Shown here piece by piece: positions 36,346-45,586 of a stretch of 64,000 bases of DNA (positions within the stretch are counted from its first letter, which is position 1; each line of letters opens with the position of its first letter). Below the pieces are notes generated by a model. That model was not told where the DNA came from and did not search any database. It saw only the letters and a program-made list of their open reading frames with translations. The stretch spans positions 23,022-87,021 of the forward strand of contig BTUM01000025.1 of the NCBI GenBank assembly GCA_045863235.1. The letters are read 5' to 3'. Source of the DNA: Candidatus Xenobia bacterium (lineage in GTDB: Bacteria > Vulcanimicrobiota > Xenobia > Xenobiales > QWHO01). The translations under genes were made by a program, and so were the position numbers.

Positions 36346-37677
36346 ATGAGAAAGCCGTGGGTGGCCCTTGTTTTTCTTTGCTGCCTTGCCTGCGGTGGAG
36401 ACAAGGTGGTGGACTTGAAGGACCCCGACCTGGACGCCCAGCTGCGCCTGGTCCTGGCCGGAGCCGGACTTGAGCCTGTCACCGTACCCGCCCAAGACCC
36501 CGCCCGCGTGTCTCTGGGCCAGGCGCTCATGTTCGACCGGCTGCTGAGCGGCAACAGGGATATCGCCTGCGCCACCTGCCACCACCCCCGACACCAGACC
36601 GGCGACGGTCTGAGCCTGTCCATCGGTACAGGAGGGGCTGGACTGGGGCCCGGTCGCGCCCTGGGAGCGGGGAAACCCTTCATTCCTCGCAACGCAAATC
36701 CGGTCTTCAACCTCGGCGCCGCCGAGGTGATGTTCTGGGACGGCCGCGTTCGCGGGAATCCGACGCAGGGGCTCGAGACTCCGGCCGGGGCGCAGCTTCC
36801 GGCCGGCCTGACCAGCGCTCTGGCCGCTCAAGCGATGTTTCCCGTGACCTCCCGCGACGAAATGCGCGGGCAGGCCGGTGATCTGGCCGTGGACGGGTCA
36901 GCCAACGAGCTCGCGGCGCTCTCCGACGACGACCTGGTTGGAATCTGGGACGCCCTGGCCGCTCGCCTCAGGGCCAATCCCGAGTATGTGCGCCTGTTTC
37001 AGGCCGCCTATCCCGACCTTCAGCCGGCTCAGATCGGCTTTCAGCACGCCGCCAACGCCATCGCCGCCTTCGAGATCGACCAGCTTACCCGGTTGGACTC
37101 CCCGTTCGACCGCTACCTGGCCGGCGAGAACGGCGCCCTCAGCGTGGCCCAGAAGCGTGGCGCCCTCTTGTTCTACGGTCGGGCTCGGTGCGCGGAATGC
37201 CATCGCGGTGGGCTCTTCAGCGACTTTGAGTTCCATAATGTCGGGGCACCTCAGGTGGGACCGGGCAAGGGAGCCGACGCTCCGCTCGACCTGGGGCTGG
37301 CGGGCCGAACCGGGGCCGCAGCCGATCGATTTCGCTTTCGCACGGCGCCTCTGCGCAACGTGGCGCTGACCGGGCCATGGATGCACTCGGGTGGCTACAC
37401 GACCCTGGCGGCCGCGGTTCGCCACTTCGGGGACCCTGCCCGAAGGATTCAAGACTACGACCGAGAACAGCTCGGCCCGAGGTTGCAGGGCCAGGTGCAC
37501 AATGACGAGGCAGTGGCGGCCGGCCTGCTCGCCAACCTGGACCCCATCCTGGCTCAGCCGAGCCCTCTGAGCGAGGCGGAGGTGGAGGACGTGGTGGCTT
37601 TCCTGGAGTCGCTCAGCGACCCCAGGGGGCCACCGGAAGCTCCGCCCGCTGTGCCGAGCGGCCTACCGGTTGATTGA
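36346..37677 (+). CDS. Di-heme cytochrome c peroxidase/MauG-family lipoprotein
   Basis: Lipobox CLAC; LG..L.FD..LSGN, CATCH, RN, FWDGR, CAECH, FRTAPLRNV..T.PWMH.G. Confidence 0.9.
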   Translation: MRKPWVALVFLCCLACGGDKVVDLKDPDLDAQLRLVLAGAGLEPVTVPAQDPARVSLGQALMFDRLLSGNRDIACATCHHPRHQTGDGLSLSIGTGGAGLGPGRALGAGKPFIPRNANPVFNLGAAEVMFWDGRVRGNPTQGLETPAGAQLPAGLTSALAAQAMFPVTSRDEMRGQAGDLAVDGSANELAALSDDDLVGIWDALAARLRANPEYVRLFQAAYPDLQPAQIGFQHAANAIAAFEIDQLTRLDSPFDRYLAGENGALSVAQKRGALLFYGRARCAECHRGGLFSDFEFHNVGAPQVGPGKGADAPLDLGLAGRTGAAADRFRFRTAPLRNVALTGPWMHSGGYTTLAAAVRHFGDPARRIQDYDREQLGPRLQGQVHNDEAVAAGLLANLDPILAQPSPLSEAEVEDVVAFLESLSDPRGPPEAPPAVPSGLPVD

Positions 37678-37727
37678 CAAGCTTCAGTGCCCAGGGGGGC
37701 AACCATAGGAACGGGGGATAGCCGAAG

Positions 37728-39905
37728 GTGATCAGGACCAGGAGATATTGGAAGTGGGCGCTGTACGCCCTGGCCATTTTTTGGATCGGTTGCGGGGGGG
37801 ACGGGACGATTGTCGGGGGGCCGCCGGTCACACCCATCGCACCCATCGCACCGGGCCCCGTTCCACCGGGAACGATCCTCAGCCAGGGGACGGGTCCGGT
37901 GAATTCCGAGGACGAGGCCATCGCCAGGGTGCTCAACCTCTTCCTGGGAATCCAGCCTCGCGCCGGCCGTGGCGAGGCCCGCGTCGGCACCGGGCTCGAG
38001 CCGCTGCTCAATCTCTACATCGCCCCCGGAGGGCCGTTCGGGAATGGCGTGACCGTCACCGACGCGGACAATCCCGAGACGGCCTTCACGCTCGACCAGC
38101 CCTATTATCTTTTCTGGTCTGATCCCAACCCGATTGCCAATCTCGGACACAAGTGCTCCATTTTGTACCTGCGGGCCGCCGATGGCCTGCTGGTGCAGCA
38201 GGTGGTGGACTTCGACCCCTTGATTGGCGGCAATCGTCTGCTCGAATTCGAGTCGTCCAAAGCCGCCAACCTCGTTTACACCCACGAAGACTGGCGAAGA
38301 CTGGGATACTCGCCTGGTCTGTCTCAGCTCAAGGCTCTGGAAGCGCTCTGGAAGGGTGTTGGTGAGCCGGGTGGGCCGAAGATCGGAGGTCTTGGCGTGG
38401 CCGGGGCGACCGAAGGACGTCGTGCCGCCGACCTTCAGGCAGGTCGCGACCTGTTCGAGAAGATGGGAGGCAATCCCAACGATTTCGATACTCTCGACGA
38501 CGATGAAGGCAATCGCAAGGACGGATTCGACCTGGAGGAGGCCCTGGCCAAAGCAAGCGAGGGGCTCGGACCGGATGACAAGTTCTTGTTTGTGCTCTCG
38601 AGCCACGGCGGGACGGACGGAACCTTCCAGATGGGCACCGAGTTTCTGACCTGGGAGCAGCTCTGCGCGCTGATCGACCAGAACGTCACGGCCGGCAATG
38701 TGAACCTGGTGCTGGACACCTGTTATGCCGGCCTGGCAGTGCCCGCCTTCGACAAATGGAACGGCCAGGCCGGCAAGAGGGTGAGAATTCTCACCTCCAC
38801 CGGCACCACGCCGAGCTACAGTCGCAGCAACGGCCTCGGCATCAACCTCGAGTGCGTCCTCATGAAGCTCGAGGAAGCGCTGGCTAAGGCAAAAGAAGAC
38901 GGCGAGCTGACCATGGAAGAGCTCGAGCAGGCCATGGCGGGGGTCGAGGTGACCGATGCCGAGATCGACAAGAAGATCTGCGAGTTGATCGGCGATGTTC
39001 CCGGCGCCGTGCTCTCCCCTGCCCTGAGGGCCTGGAAAGACGACTACCTCGATAAGCCGGGGGCCGGCAACGATGTGGAGCGCAGCAGCGGCAGCAAGAA
39101 GGGCGGTTTTGACGACCGGCCCCCCGCTCCCATCGATCCCCTGATCCTCGAGTTCCTGCAGAGATGGGCCATCCTTCTGGGAGCCAGGGACGTGCCCGGC
39201 CTGACCCCGCTCTACATTCCGGGCTTCAACTACAACGGCCAGAACGTCGGACAGATTAACGGAATCGGAGGCCAGGGGACGCTTCAGGTGTCGCCGGTTC
39301 GTCTGCAAAATATCGGCACGTTCCCGGCCGACAGCTTCTTCGACGTCTTCTTCGAGATCGACGTGACGCGGTCGGTGGCCGGTCCCCCAGCCATCACCCA
39401 GACCGAGCTTCGCAACATTCGGATGCGACTCGAGCAAACCGGTCCGTCGGACTTTTTGATCCATACCCAGCAGACCGTGTCGCAGACCACGACCGGGACT
39501 GTGTCGGACGGCACGCCGCCCCCGCCGTTCCCGCCTCTGCCCACCTTCGGTGATGTCACCATCTTTGGGCCGGGTGGGCCGCTCAATCCCGGAGACGCAA
39601 TTCCTCCAGGTCAGTTGATCCGGGTCGAGGGGTTGTTCCCCGACCTGACCGGACAGGCCGGAGTCATCTTCGGGGGACAGTTCCATACTTTCCAACCTCA
39701 GGGAGGTGGCATCTTCCTGGCCCAGTTCCCGGCGCCGCCCCTCCCCACCGGGTTCTACCTGGTGAACGTTTTTGCCGAGCACCGGAACGTCGTCGTCCCG
39801 GGCCAGCAAGAGTCATTCGCCGGTCGTGACCGGACCTTCGAGTTCCCCTCGAGTGACACGGGGCAGAGGCCCCCGGAGCCCTGGAACGACGTGGCCGTTC
39901 CGTAG
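37728..39905 (+). CDS. Lipoprotein with a caspase/legumain-fold (clan CD) peptidase domain and accessory C-terminal domains
   Basis: WIGC lipobox-like; FLFVLSSHGG and LVLDTCYAG His/Cys dyad; FPADSFFDVFFEID segment. Confidence 0.65.
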   Translation: MIRTRRYWKWALYALAIFWIGCGGDGTIVGGPPVTPIAPIAPGPVPPGTILSQGTGPVNSEDEAIARVLNLFLGIQPRAGRGEARVGTGLEPLLNLYIAPGGPFGNGVTVTDADNPETAFTLDQPYYLFWSDPNPIANLGHKCSILYLRAADGLLVQQVVDFDPLIGGNRLLEFESSKAANLVYTHEDWRRLGYSPGLSQLKALEALWKGVGEPGGPKIGGLGVAGATEGRRAADLQAGRDLFEKMGGNPNDFDTLDDDEGNRKDGFDLEEALAKASEGLGPDDKFLFVLSSHGGTDGTFQMGTEFLTWEQLCALIDQNVTAGNVNLVLDTCYAGLAVPAFDKWNGQAGKRVRILTSTGTTPSYSRSNGLGINLECVLMKLEEALAKAKEDGELTMEELEQAMAGVEVTDAEIDKKICELIGDVPGAVLSPALRAWKDDYLDKPGAGNDVERSSGSKKGGFDDRPPAPIDPLILEFLQRWAILLGARDVPGLTPLYIPGFNYNGQNVGQINGIGGQGTLQVSPVRLQNIGTFPADSFFDVFFEIDVTRSVAGPPAITQTELRNIRMRLEQTGPSDFLIHTQQTVSQTTTGTVSDGTPPPPFPPLPTFGDVTIFGPGGPLNPGDAIPPGQLIRVEGLFPDLTGQAGVIFGGQFHTFQPQGGGIFLAQFPAPPLPTGFYLVNVFAEHRNVVVPGQQESFAGRDRTFEFPSSDTGQRPPEPWNDVAVP

Positions 39906-39916
39906 AACAGAAGAGG

Positions 39917-39957
39917 CCTCCCCCGGCTCAAATGGCCGGGGGAGGTTCTTGCTTTCT
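39917..39957 (+). terminator. Intrinsic terminator
   Basis: CCTCCCCCGGC-N7-GCCGGGGGAGG followed by TTCTTGCTTTCT. Confidence 0.75.
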
Positions 39958-40145
39958 TGGCCGGGAGACGCGAGATTGTTTCCTTTGCGCCAGCTGGTAC
40001 GCTTCCAACTCGCTCAGGCACTTCGCATTCGCAGGTGCCTCCCCGGCCAGCCCGGCGCTGTGCTGCACCGTGAATTGAGCCGAAGCCCGCTTAACGCCTG
40101 CCCATGCCGGGCAGAAGTTCCTCGCGCTCCATCATCTTTGATGGG

Positions 40146-41414
40146 TTACTCGTGCCCCTTCTCGGGCTCGGTGGTGGTCAGGTGCATGATCAGGAACTGG
40201 CACGGCACCAGCAGTTGGAAGTAGATGCTGAGGAAGCGGAACCCGGTCGTGTTGCCCGCCAGCAACAAGAGCAACCCCACCGAGCCGATCACGGCCAGGG
40301 CTCCTGCCACCTTCGTCATGATGCTGCGGGGAGTGCCTTCGGGGCAGTCGTGGATGGCCGCGAGCGGCACCACCAGGGTGAGCAAGAAGATGGAGGTCAG
40401 AAAGGCCAGGGGACCTGAGAGAAACGAGAGGCCGAAGAAGACTCCCGAGAGGCCCAGGCAGCCCGCCACCAGGGTGCTCTGGTCAATCTCGTCTTTGTTG
40501 AGCACCAGCTTGCCGTAGCGATTGAAGCGCAGCATGAGGTTGGTCAACGGTTTGGCGACCCAGGTGAGATAGGCAAACATCGTGTAGACGATGATGAAGG
40601 GCCGCACGAAGGGGCGCAGCACCGGGTACTGCCGGGCCAGGTGCACCAGCGCCGTCTCGCCCAGCCACATGCCCAGTAAGATGGCCTGCTGGGCCTCTCG
40701 AGAGAAGCCCGACAACCACAGGAAGAAGCGCAGGATCAGGCCGTAAACTGGATAGTTGGCCCGCAGGCCCTCCATGAGCCCGGCCCGAGCGTACTCGTGC
40801 TCGGCATCGATGCGCAGGGCCTCCTTGAAATGCTCCAGGGCCTCGCGGTGCTTGCGCCCGTGCAGACAGGCAAAGCCCATGTTGGCCAGGGTGTCCGGGT
40901 TTTCGGGGTTCTCGGCCAGCTCCTCGCGCAGGCCCTCCCGAGCCGCCTCCAGGCGCCCGAGCTTCATCAGGCAAAGCGAGCGCAGGTTGCGGCAGTCGGA
41001 ATGGCCCGGGTCGAGCTGAAGTCCTCGCTCGGCAGCCTCCAGGGCCGGCTGGTAGCGCTGGCGGTGCACCTGGCAACTGCCCAGCACGTGCCACAGGTCC
41101 GAGTCCTCCGGGTCGAGCTCGAGGGCGTTTCGGATGGCCTGCTCGGCCTCGTCCACCCGGTTGGCATTGAGCATGATGACGGCCAGCGCGTGGTGGGCCA
41201 GGACCTCGTTGGGGTCGAGCGAGATGGCCTCGCGGGCGGCCTTGATGGCTTCCTTCCAGCGCTTGAGGTGCATCCAGCACAGGCTGAGCATGGCCTGAGC
41301 CCGCGCGTTCTGGGGGTCGTCGGTGAGCACCTTGAGAAACTCGGAGGCCGCGCTGTCATAGTGCCTCTGCTGATAGAGCAGCTGTCCACGAGCCATGCCG
41401 GTGTGGTCGATCAT
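40146..41414 (-). CDS. TPR-repeat protein with a C-terminal multi-TM domain
   Basis: About 6 TPRs (A...AI.LDP patterns), then several hydrophobic helices. Confidence 0.85.
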   Translation of the reverse strand: MIDHTGMARGQLLYQQRHYDSAASEFLKVLTDDPQNARAQAMLSLCWMHLKRWKEAIKAAREAISLDPNEVLAHHALAVIMLNANRVDEAEQAIRNALELDPEDSDLWHVLGSCQVHRQRYQPALEAAERGLQLDPGHSDCRNLRSLCLMKLGRLEAAREGLREELAENPENPDTLANMGFACLHGRKHREALEHFKEALRIDAEHEYARAGLMEGLRANYPVYGLILRFFLWLSGFSREAQQAILLGMWLGETALVHLARQYPVLRPFVRPFIIVYTMFAYLTWVAKPLTNLMLRFNRYGKLVLNKDEIDQSTLVAGCLGLSGVFFGLSFLSGPLAFLTSIFLLTLVVPLAAIHDCPEGTPRSIMTKVAGALAVIGSVGLLLLLAGNTTGFRFLSIYFQLLVPCQFLIMHLTTTEPEKGHE

Positions 41415-42643
41415 GTCAATCGCACCTCCTGCAGATAGCGGGCCAGGTCATCGTAGAGGCCCTCCTGGTTGGCGAAAGCCACGTAGTTCTTGGAGCGGCG
41501 CAGCCACTCGGTGGTGGAGGGCCGGCACTCTTTCAAGGCGGCCAGAAAATCGCCCCGGGTCACGTCGCGCAGGTTGCCCGACTTGAGCGCGTCAGAGAGG
41601 GCTCGCTCGGTGGCTCGCTCCACCAGGTTGTTGAGGTCGGCGCCTGAGAAGAGCTCGGTCTTTTTGGCCAGGTCGACCCAGTTGATCTCGTTTTCGAGTT
41701 TTCGCCCCCGCGAGGAGACCTTCAGGATCTCCTCGCGAGCCTTGAGATCGGGCGGGGGCACGAACAGCACCCGGTCGAAGCGTCCCGGACGGCGGAGCGC
41801 GGCGTCTACGTTCCAGGGCATGTTGGTGGCCCCCAGCACCAGCACTTTCTCGTTCTTGCTGGCGATGCCGTCCATCTCGATGAGAAGCTGCGAGACCATG
41901 CGCCGGGTGGTGGCGCACATGTCGCTGCGCTTGCCGCCCAGAGCGTCCACCTCGTCCACGAAGATCACCGAGGGCGCGTTGGTGCGGGCCGTCTCAAACA
42001 GCGCAGCCAGGTGCTTCTCGGTCTCCCCCACCCACATGCTGACCACGTCGTTCAAAGACAGGGTGTAGAAGTGGGCCCCGATCTCGCCGGCGGTGGCCCG
42101 GGAAAGGTAGGTTTTTCCGCAACCCGGGGGGCCGAACATCAAAATTCCCCCGCCCACCTTCTTGCCGTAAGCAGCGTAAATCTCGGGCTTTTGCAGCGGA
42201 TAAAGGATGTTGAGCCGTACTTGCTCCTTGAGGGATTCCATCCCGCCCACGTCCTGGAAGGTGATGCGCTCGCGCCGATCGTGGCTCGGAGCGCTTTCCT
42301 CCTCGACCACGTGGATACTCAGGCGCACGGGTTGGTCGTCCACCTCCAGCTCGGCTTCCAGAGCCTCGTCCACCAGGGCGCGGTCGAGCTCGAGGGCCTG
42401 GCGATAGAAACGCCCGGCTTCGGCCCGGTCGCCTCGCTCGAGCGCGCCCCGGGCCGAGGCCAGCAGCGCCAGCGCGCGATCTGTTCCGTCCAGCAGCGGT
42501 CTGGCCAGCTCTTCTGCCTTCAGCCAGCGGCGCGAGCGTAACAACTCTCGCACCACCTGCACGCGCAGGATCTTGTTGTCGGGGCTCATCGAGAGGGCAC
42601 TGATCAGCGCTTCAAGGGTTACGTCGTCCATAGGACCGGGCAT
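41411..42643 (-). CDS. Classical AAA ATPase (CDC48/Vps4-like single ring) with N-terminal TPR-like region
   Basis: F.DVGGM, GPPGCGKT, IFVDEVD, ATN.PW.VD.AL.RPGRFDR, FSGADL. Confidence 0.9.
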   Translation of the reverse strand: MPGPMDDVTLEALISALSMSPDNKILRVQVVRELLRSRRWLKAEELARPLLDGTDRALALLASARGALERGDRAEAGRFYRQALELDRALVDEALEAELEVDDQPVRLSIHVVEEESAPSHDRRERITFQDVGGMESLKEQVRLNILYPLQKPEIYAAYGKKVGGGILMFGPPGCGKTYLSRATAGEIGAHFYTLSLNDVVSMWVGETEKHLAALFETARTNAPSVIFVDEVDALGGKRSDMCATTRRMVSQLLIEMDGIASKNEKVLVLGATNMPWNVDAALRRPGRFDRVLFVPPPDLKAREEILKVSSRGRKLENEINWVDLAKKTELFSGADLNNLVERATERALSDALKSGNLRDVTRGDFLAALKECRPSTTEWLRRSKNYVAFANQEGLYDDLARYLQEVRLT

Positions 42644-42788
42644 TTCGAGCGAGATGAAGGCGGCGCCTGCCTGCCCACGAGGCTGCGCGCCGATGGTTGC
42701 GGGCTTGTGATTCTACGGCCATGCCGTTGCTCGAAAGACGGCTCTCGGCAAAGGTTCGGGAAGGCCGATTGTCAAACACGCGCGCCTT

Positions 42789-43997
42789 ATGTTCAGACTG
42801 TTCATTGCGCCCCCCAGAAAATTCGGGTCGAAGCTTCTACGAACCTTGGCCCTCTTGCTTCTCCTGGCCGGGCTTGCTGTGGCTGAGCCCACCCCGCAGT
42901 TTCCCCAGTCGGTCCGGGAGGGGGAGGCCTTCCTGGATTGGAGCCAGACCGGCCAGCGGATCCTGGCCCAGGACGACGAGCACGTCTGGGTGCACGATCT
43001 CGAGACCATGAAGACGCAGGCTTTTTCGACTCGGAGGTTGTACACGGCAGAGCTCGACCCCCAGGATCAGTTGCTGGCGATCGCCAGCTATCCGTGCGCT
43101 TTGCAGGTGTATGACTGGAGGAGGGGCCAGCGGCTGTGGGAATTCCAGGGCCCGAAGGGTCCTGGAGAGGGGAGCTACCAGCCGAGCTTCTCGCCGGACG
43201 GGCGTTACCTGATGGTTTCGTCGGCCTCGCACGGGAGGAACAACCTCGACCCGTGGGTTCGGATCTTCGAGGCGCGCTCGGGGAAGCTGGTTCGCAAGTG
43301 GAGCTGGATCACGAGCCACGCTGTCTCGGTCGGCTGGACCTCGGACGGCGCCGTGGTCAAGACGGACGGCAAGTTCCTGGCCAGTTTCAATGTCGCGAGC
43401 GGCGAGAAGATCGCTGCACGCGCGGGGGAGCTGATCAGCCTGGGCAGCCGCGTGAAAGGTCAGCCCACGGTCACCTATGGCGATCCACTGAAGAAGTCCC
43501 ACTTTGCCCGCATCCAGAGCTCCAAGCTGGAGCTGGTCGAAGAGGATTCTCCCGCTTCCGAGCCGGCCCTTACCTCGCCCGATGGGCAGCTGGTGCGCAC
43601 GACCGAGGCGCCGTTCCAGGTCAGGCGACAGGACGGCACGGTCGTCTGGAGCGGCCAGAACACCTTCCAGAGCTGGACCGACGACGGGTTCGCCGTCAAC
43701 AACGAGGGCAAGACGGAGTTCTACCGCTCTGACGGCACGCTGCTCGGCACCGTGAACGCTGAATACCTGATTCTCGGGAAGAGCCGGCTGGCCTACACCG
43801 CTCTCGGCTACGGAGGTCCCCTCGGCTTTTACGACGTGAAGACCTACACCACGCTGCTCGAGCTGCCCTACGCCACCATGCCGAAGCTCAGCCCGGACGA
43901 GTCGAAGCTCGCCATGCTGAGCCGCAAAGGCGTCCTCATCCTGGATGTTCCGGCCACCTTGCAGGCGCTGCCGGCGATGGTCTGGTGGAAACGGTGA
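42789..43997 (+). CDS. Secreted WD40-like beta-propeller protein
   Basis: Signal peptide; FSPDGRYL, SPDG, SPDES repeats; start uncertain. Confidence 0.65.
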   Translation: MFRLFIAPPRKFGSKLLRTLALLLLLAGLAVAEPTPQFPQSVREGEAFLDWSQTGQRILAQDDEHVWVHDLETMKTQAFSTRRLYTAELDPQDQLLAIASYPCALQVYDWRRGQRLWEFQGPKGPGEGSYQPSFSPDGRYLMVSSASHGRNNLDPWVRIFEARSGKLVRKWSWITSHAVSVGWTSDGAVVKTDGKFLASFNVASGEKIAARAGELISLGSRVKGQPTVTYGDPLKKSHFARIQSSKLELVEEDSPASEPALTSPDGQLVRTTEAPFQVRRQDGTVVWSGQNTFQSWTDDGFAVNNEGKTEFYRSDGTLLGTVNAEYLILGKSRLAYTALGYGGPLGFYDVKTYTTLLELPYATMPKLSPDESKLAMLSRKGVLILDVPATLQALPAMVWWKR

Positions 43998-44011
43998 CTC
44001 CTGCGAGCCGA

Positions 44012-44025
44012 ATGATCAAAGTCAT
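44012..44025 (+). promoter_or_regulatory. Crp/Fnr-type box ATGAT-CAAA-GTCAT upstream of the transcarboxylase operon
   Basis: 22 nt to -10 TATCCT (44048-44053). Confidence 0.68.
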
Positions 44026-44116
44026 ATCGGCTGCCTTGTCCGGTGGGTATCCTGCGAAGGACTGACCCGAACTGCTCGCAAAGGGGAAAGCCCATCTCAC
44101 CGGACGGGACGAATGC

Positions 44117-45586
44117 ATGAAGACGATTGAAGTAACCGAGCTGGTCCTGCGCGACGCCCACCAGAGCTTGATGGCCACCCGCATGGCCATGGAGGATATG
44201 CTGCCGGCCCTGGAAGACCTGGACAAGGCCGGCTTCTGGTCGCTGGAGTGCTGGGGCGGCGCCACCTATGACGCCTGCATCCGCTTTCTGAACGAGGACC
44301 CCTGGGAGCGGCTGCGTACTTTCCGAAAGCTCTTGCCCAACAGCCGCCTGCAGATGCTGCTGCGGGGCCAGAACCTGCTCGGCTATCGCCACTACCAGGA
44401 CATGGTGGTGGACCGTTTCGTGGAGAAGTCAGCCGAGAACGGCATGGACGTCTTCCGCGTCTTCGACGCCCTCAACGACCTGCGTAACCTCGAGCGCCCC
44501 ATCGCGGCCGTCAGGCGCACCGGTAAGCACGCCCAGGGCACCATCTGTTACACCGTGAGCCCGCTTCATACCGTGCAGGGCTTCGTAGACATGGCCAAAA
44601 AGCTGGTCGAAATGGGCTGCGATTCCATCTGCATCAAGGATATGGCGGCTCTGCTCAAGCCCCAGCCGGCCAGCGACATCGTGGCCGGCATCAAGGCTGC
44701 CTGCGGCGCCAAGATGCCCGTGCACGTGCATGTGCACGCCACCACCGGGGTCACCCTGGTGAGCCTGATGAAGTCCATCGAGGCCGGAGCCGACGTGGTG
44801 GACACGGCCATCAGCTCGCTCAGCCTGGGCCCGGGGCACAACCCCACCGAGAGCCTGGTGGAGATGCTGGAGGGCACCGGCTACACCACCCGACTGGACA
44901 AAGCACGCCTGCTCAAGATTCGCGACCACTTCGCCAAGGTCAGGCCGCGCTACGGCGAATTCTTGTCCAACATCACCGGGGTGGACACCGAGATCTTCGA
45001 CAGCCAGATTCCCGGGGGGATGATCTCCAACATGGAGAGCCAGCTCAAGCAGCAGGGTGCCGCCGGCAAGATGAAAGAGGTGCTCGAGGAGGTGCCCCGG
45101 GTGCGCGAGGTGGCGGGCTTCCCGCCGCTGGTCACGCCTTCGAGCCAGATCGTGGGCACCCAGGCGGTCTTCAACGTGATGATGGGCCGCTACAAAGTGC
45201 TGACGGGCGAGTTCGCCGACCTGATGCTGGGCTACTACGGCGAGACCATCGGGCCGCGCGACCCCGAAGTGATCAAGCTGGCCCAGGAGAAGGCGGGCAA
45301 GCCTCCCATCACCTGCCGTCCGGCCGACATGCTCGAGCCCGAGTGGGACCGCCTGCGCGCCTCGGCGCTCGAGCTGACGGGGTGCAACGGCAGCGACGAG
45401 GACGTGCTCACGGCGGCCATGTTCCCACAGGTGGCCCCCAAGTTTTTCCAGCACCGCCACGAGGGTCCCAAGAACCTGGGGCGCGCTCCCGGTCCCGCTG
45501 AGGGGCCGCAGCCGATCCGCAACCCGATCCAGTATACGGTGACCCACGACGGCAAATCTCACAAGGTCACGGTGACACCCGCATGA
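44117..45586 (+). CDS. Methylmalonyl-CoA carboxyltransferase (transcarboxylase) 5S subunit / OadA-like carboxyltransferase without biotin domain
   Basis: LRDAHQSLMATRM, ECWGGATYD, IKDMA.LL, H.H.TTG, GHNPTES, PPLVTPSSQIVG. Confidence 0.9.
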   Translation: MKTIEVTELVLRDAHQSLMATRMAMEDMLPALEDLDKAGFWSLECWGGATYDACIRFLNEDPWERLRTFRKLLPNSRLQMLLRGQNLLGYRHYQDMVVDRFVEKSAENGMDVFRVFDALNDLRNLERPIAAVRRTGKHAQGTICYTVSPLHTVQGFVDMAKKLVEMGCDSICIKDMAALLKPQPASDIVAGIKAACGAKMPVHVHVHATTGVTLVSLMKSIEAGADVVDTAISSLSLGPGHNPTESLVEMLEGTGYTTRLDKARLLKIRDHFAKVRPRYGEFLSNITGVDTEIFDSQIPGGMISNMESQLKQQGAAGKMKEVLEEVPRVREVAGFPPLVTPSSQIVGTQAVFNVMMGRYKVLTGEFADLMLGYYGETIGPRDPEVIKLAQEKAGKPPITCRPADMLEPEWDRLRASALELTGCNGSDEDVLTAAMFPQVAPKFFQHRHEGPKNLGRAPGPAEGPQPIRNPIQYTVTHDGKSHKVTVTPA

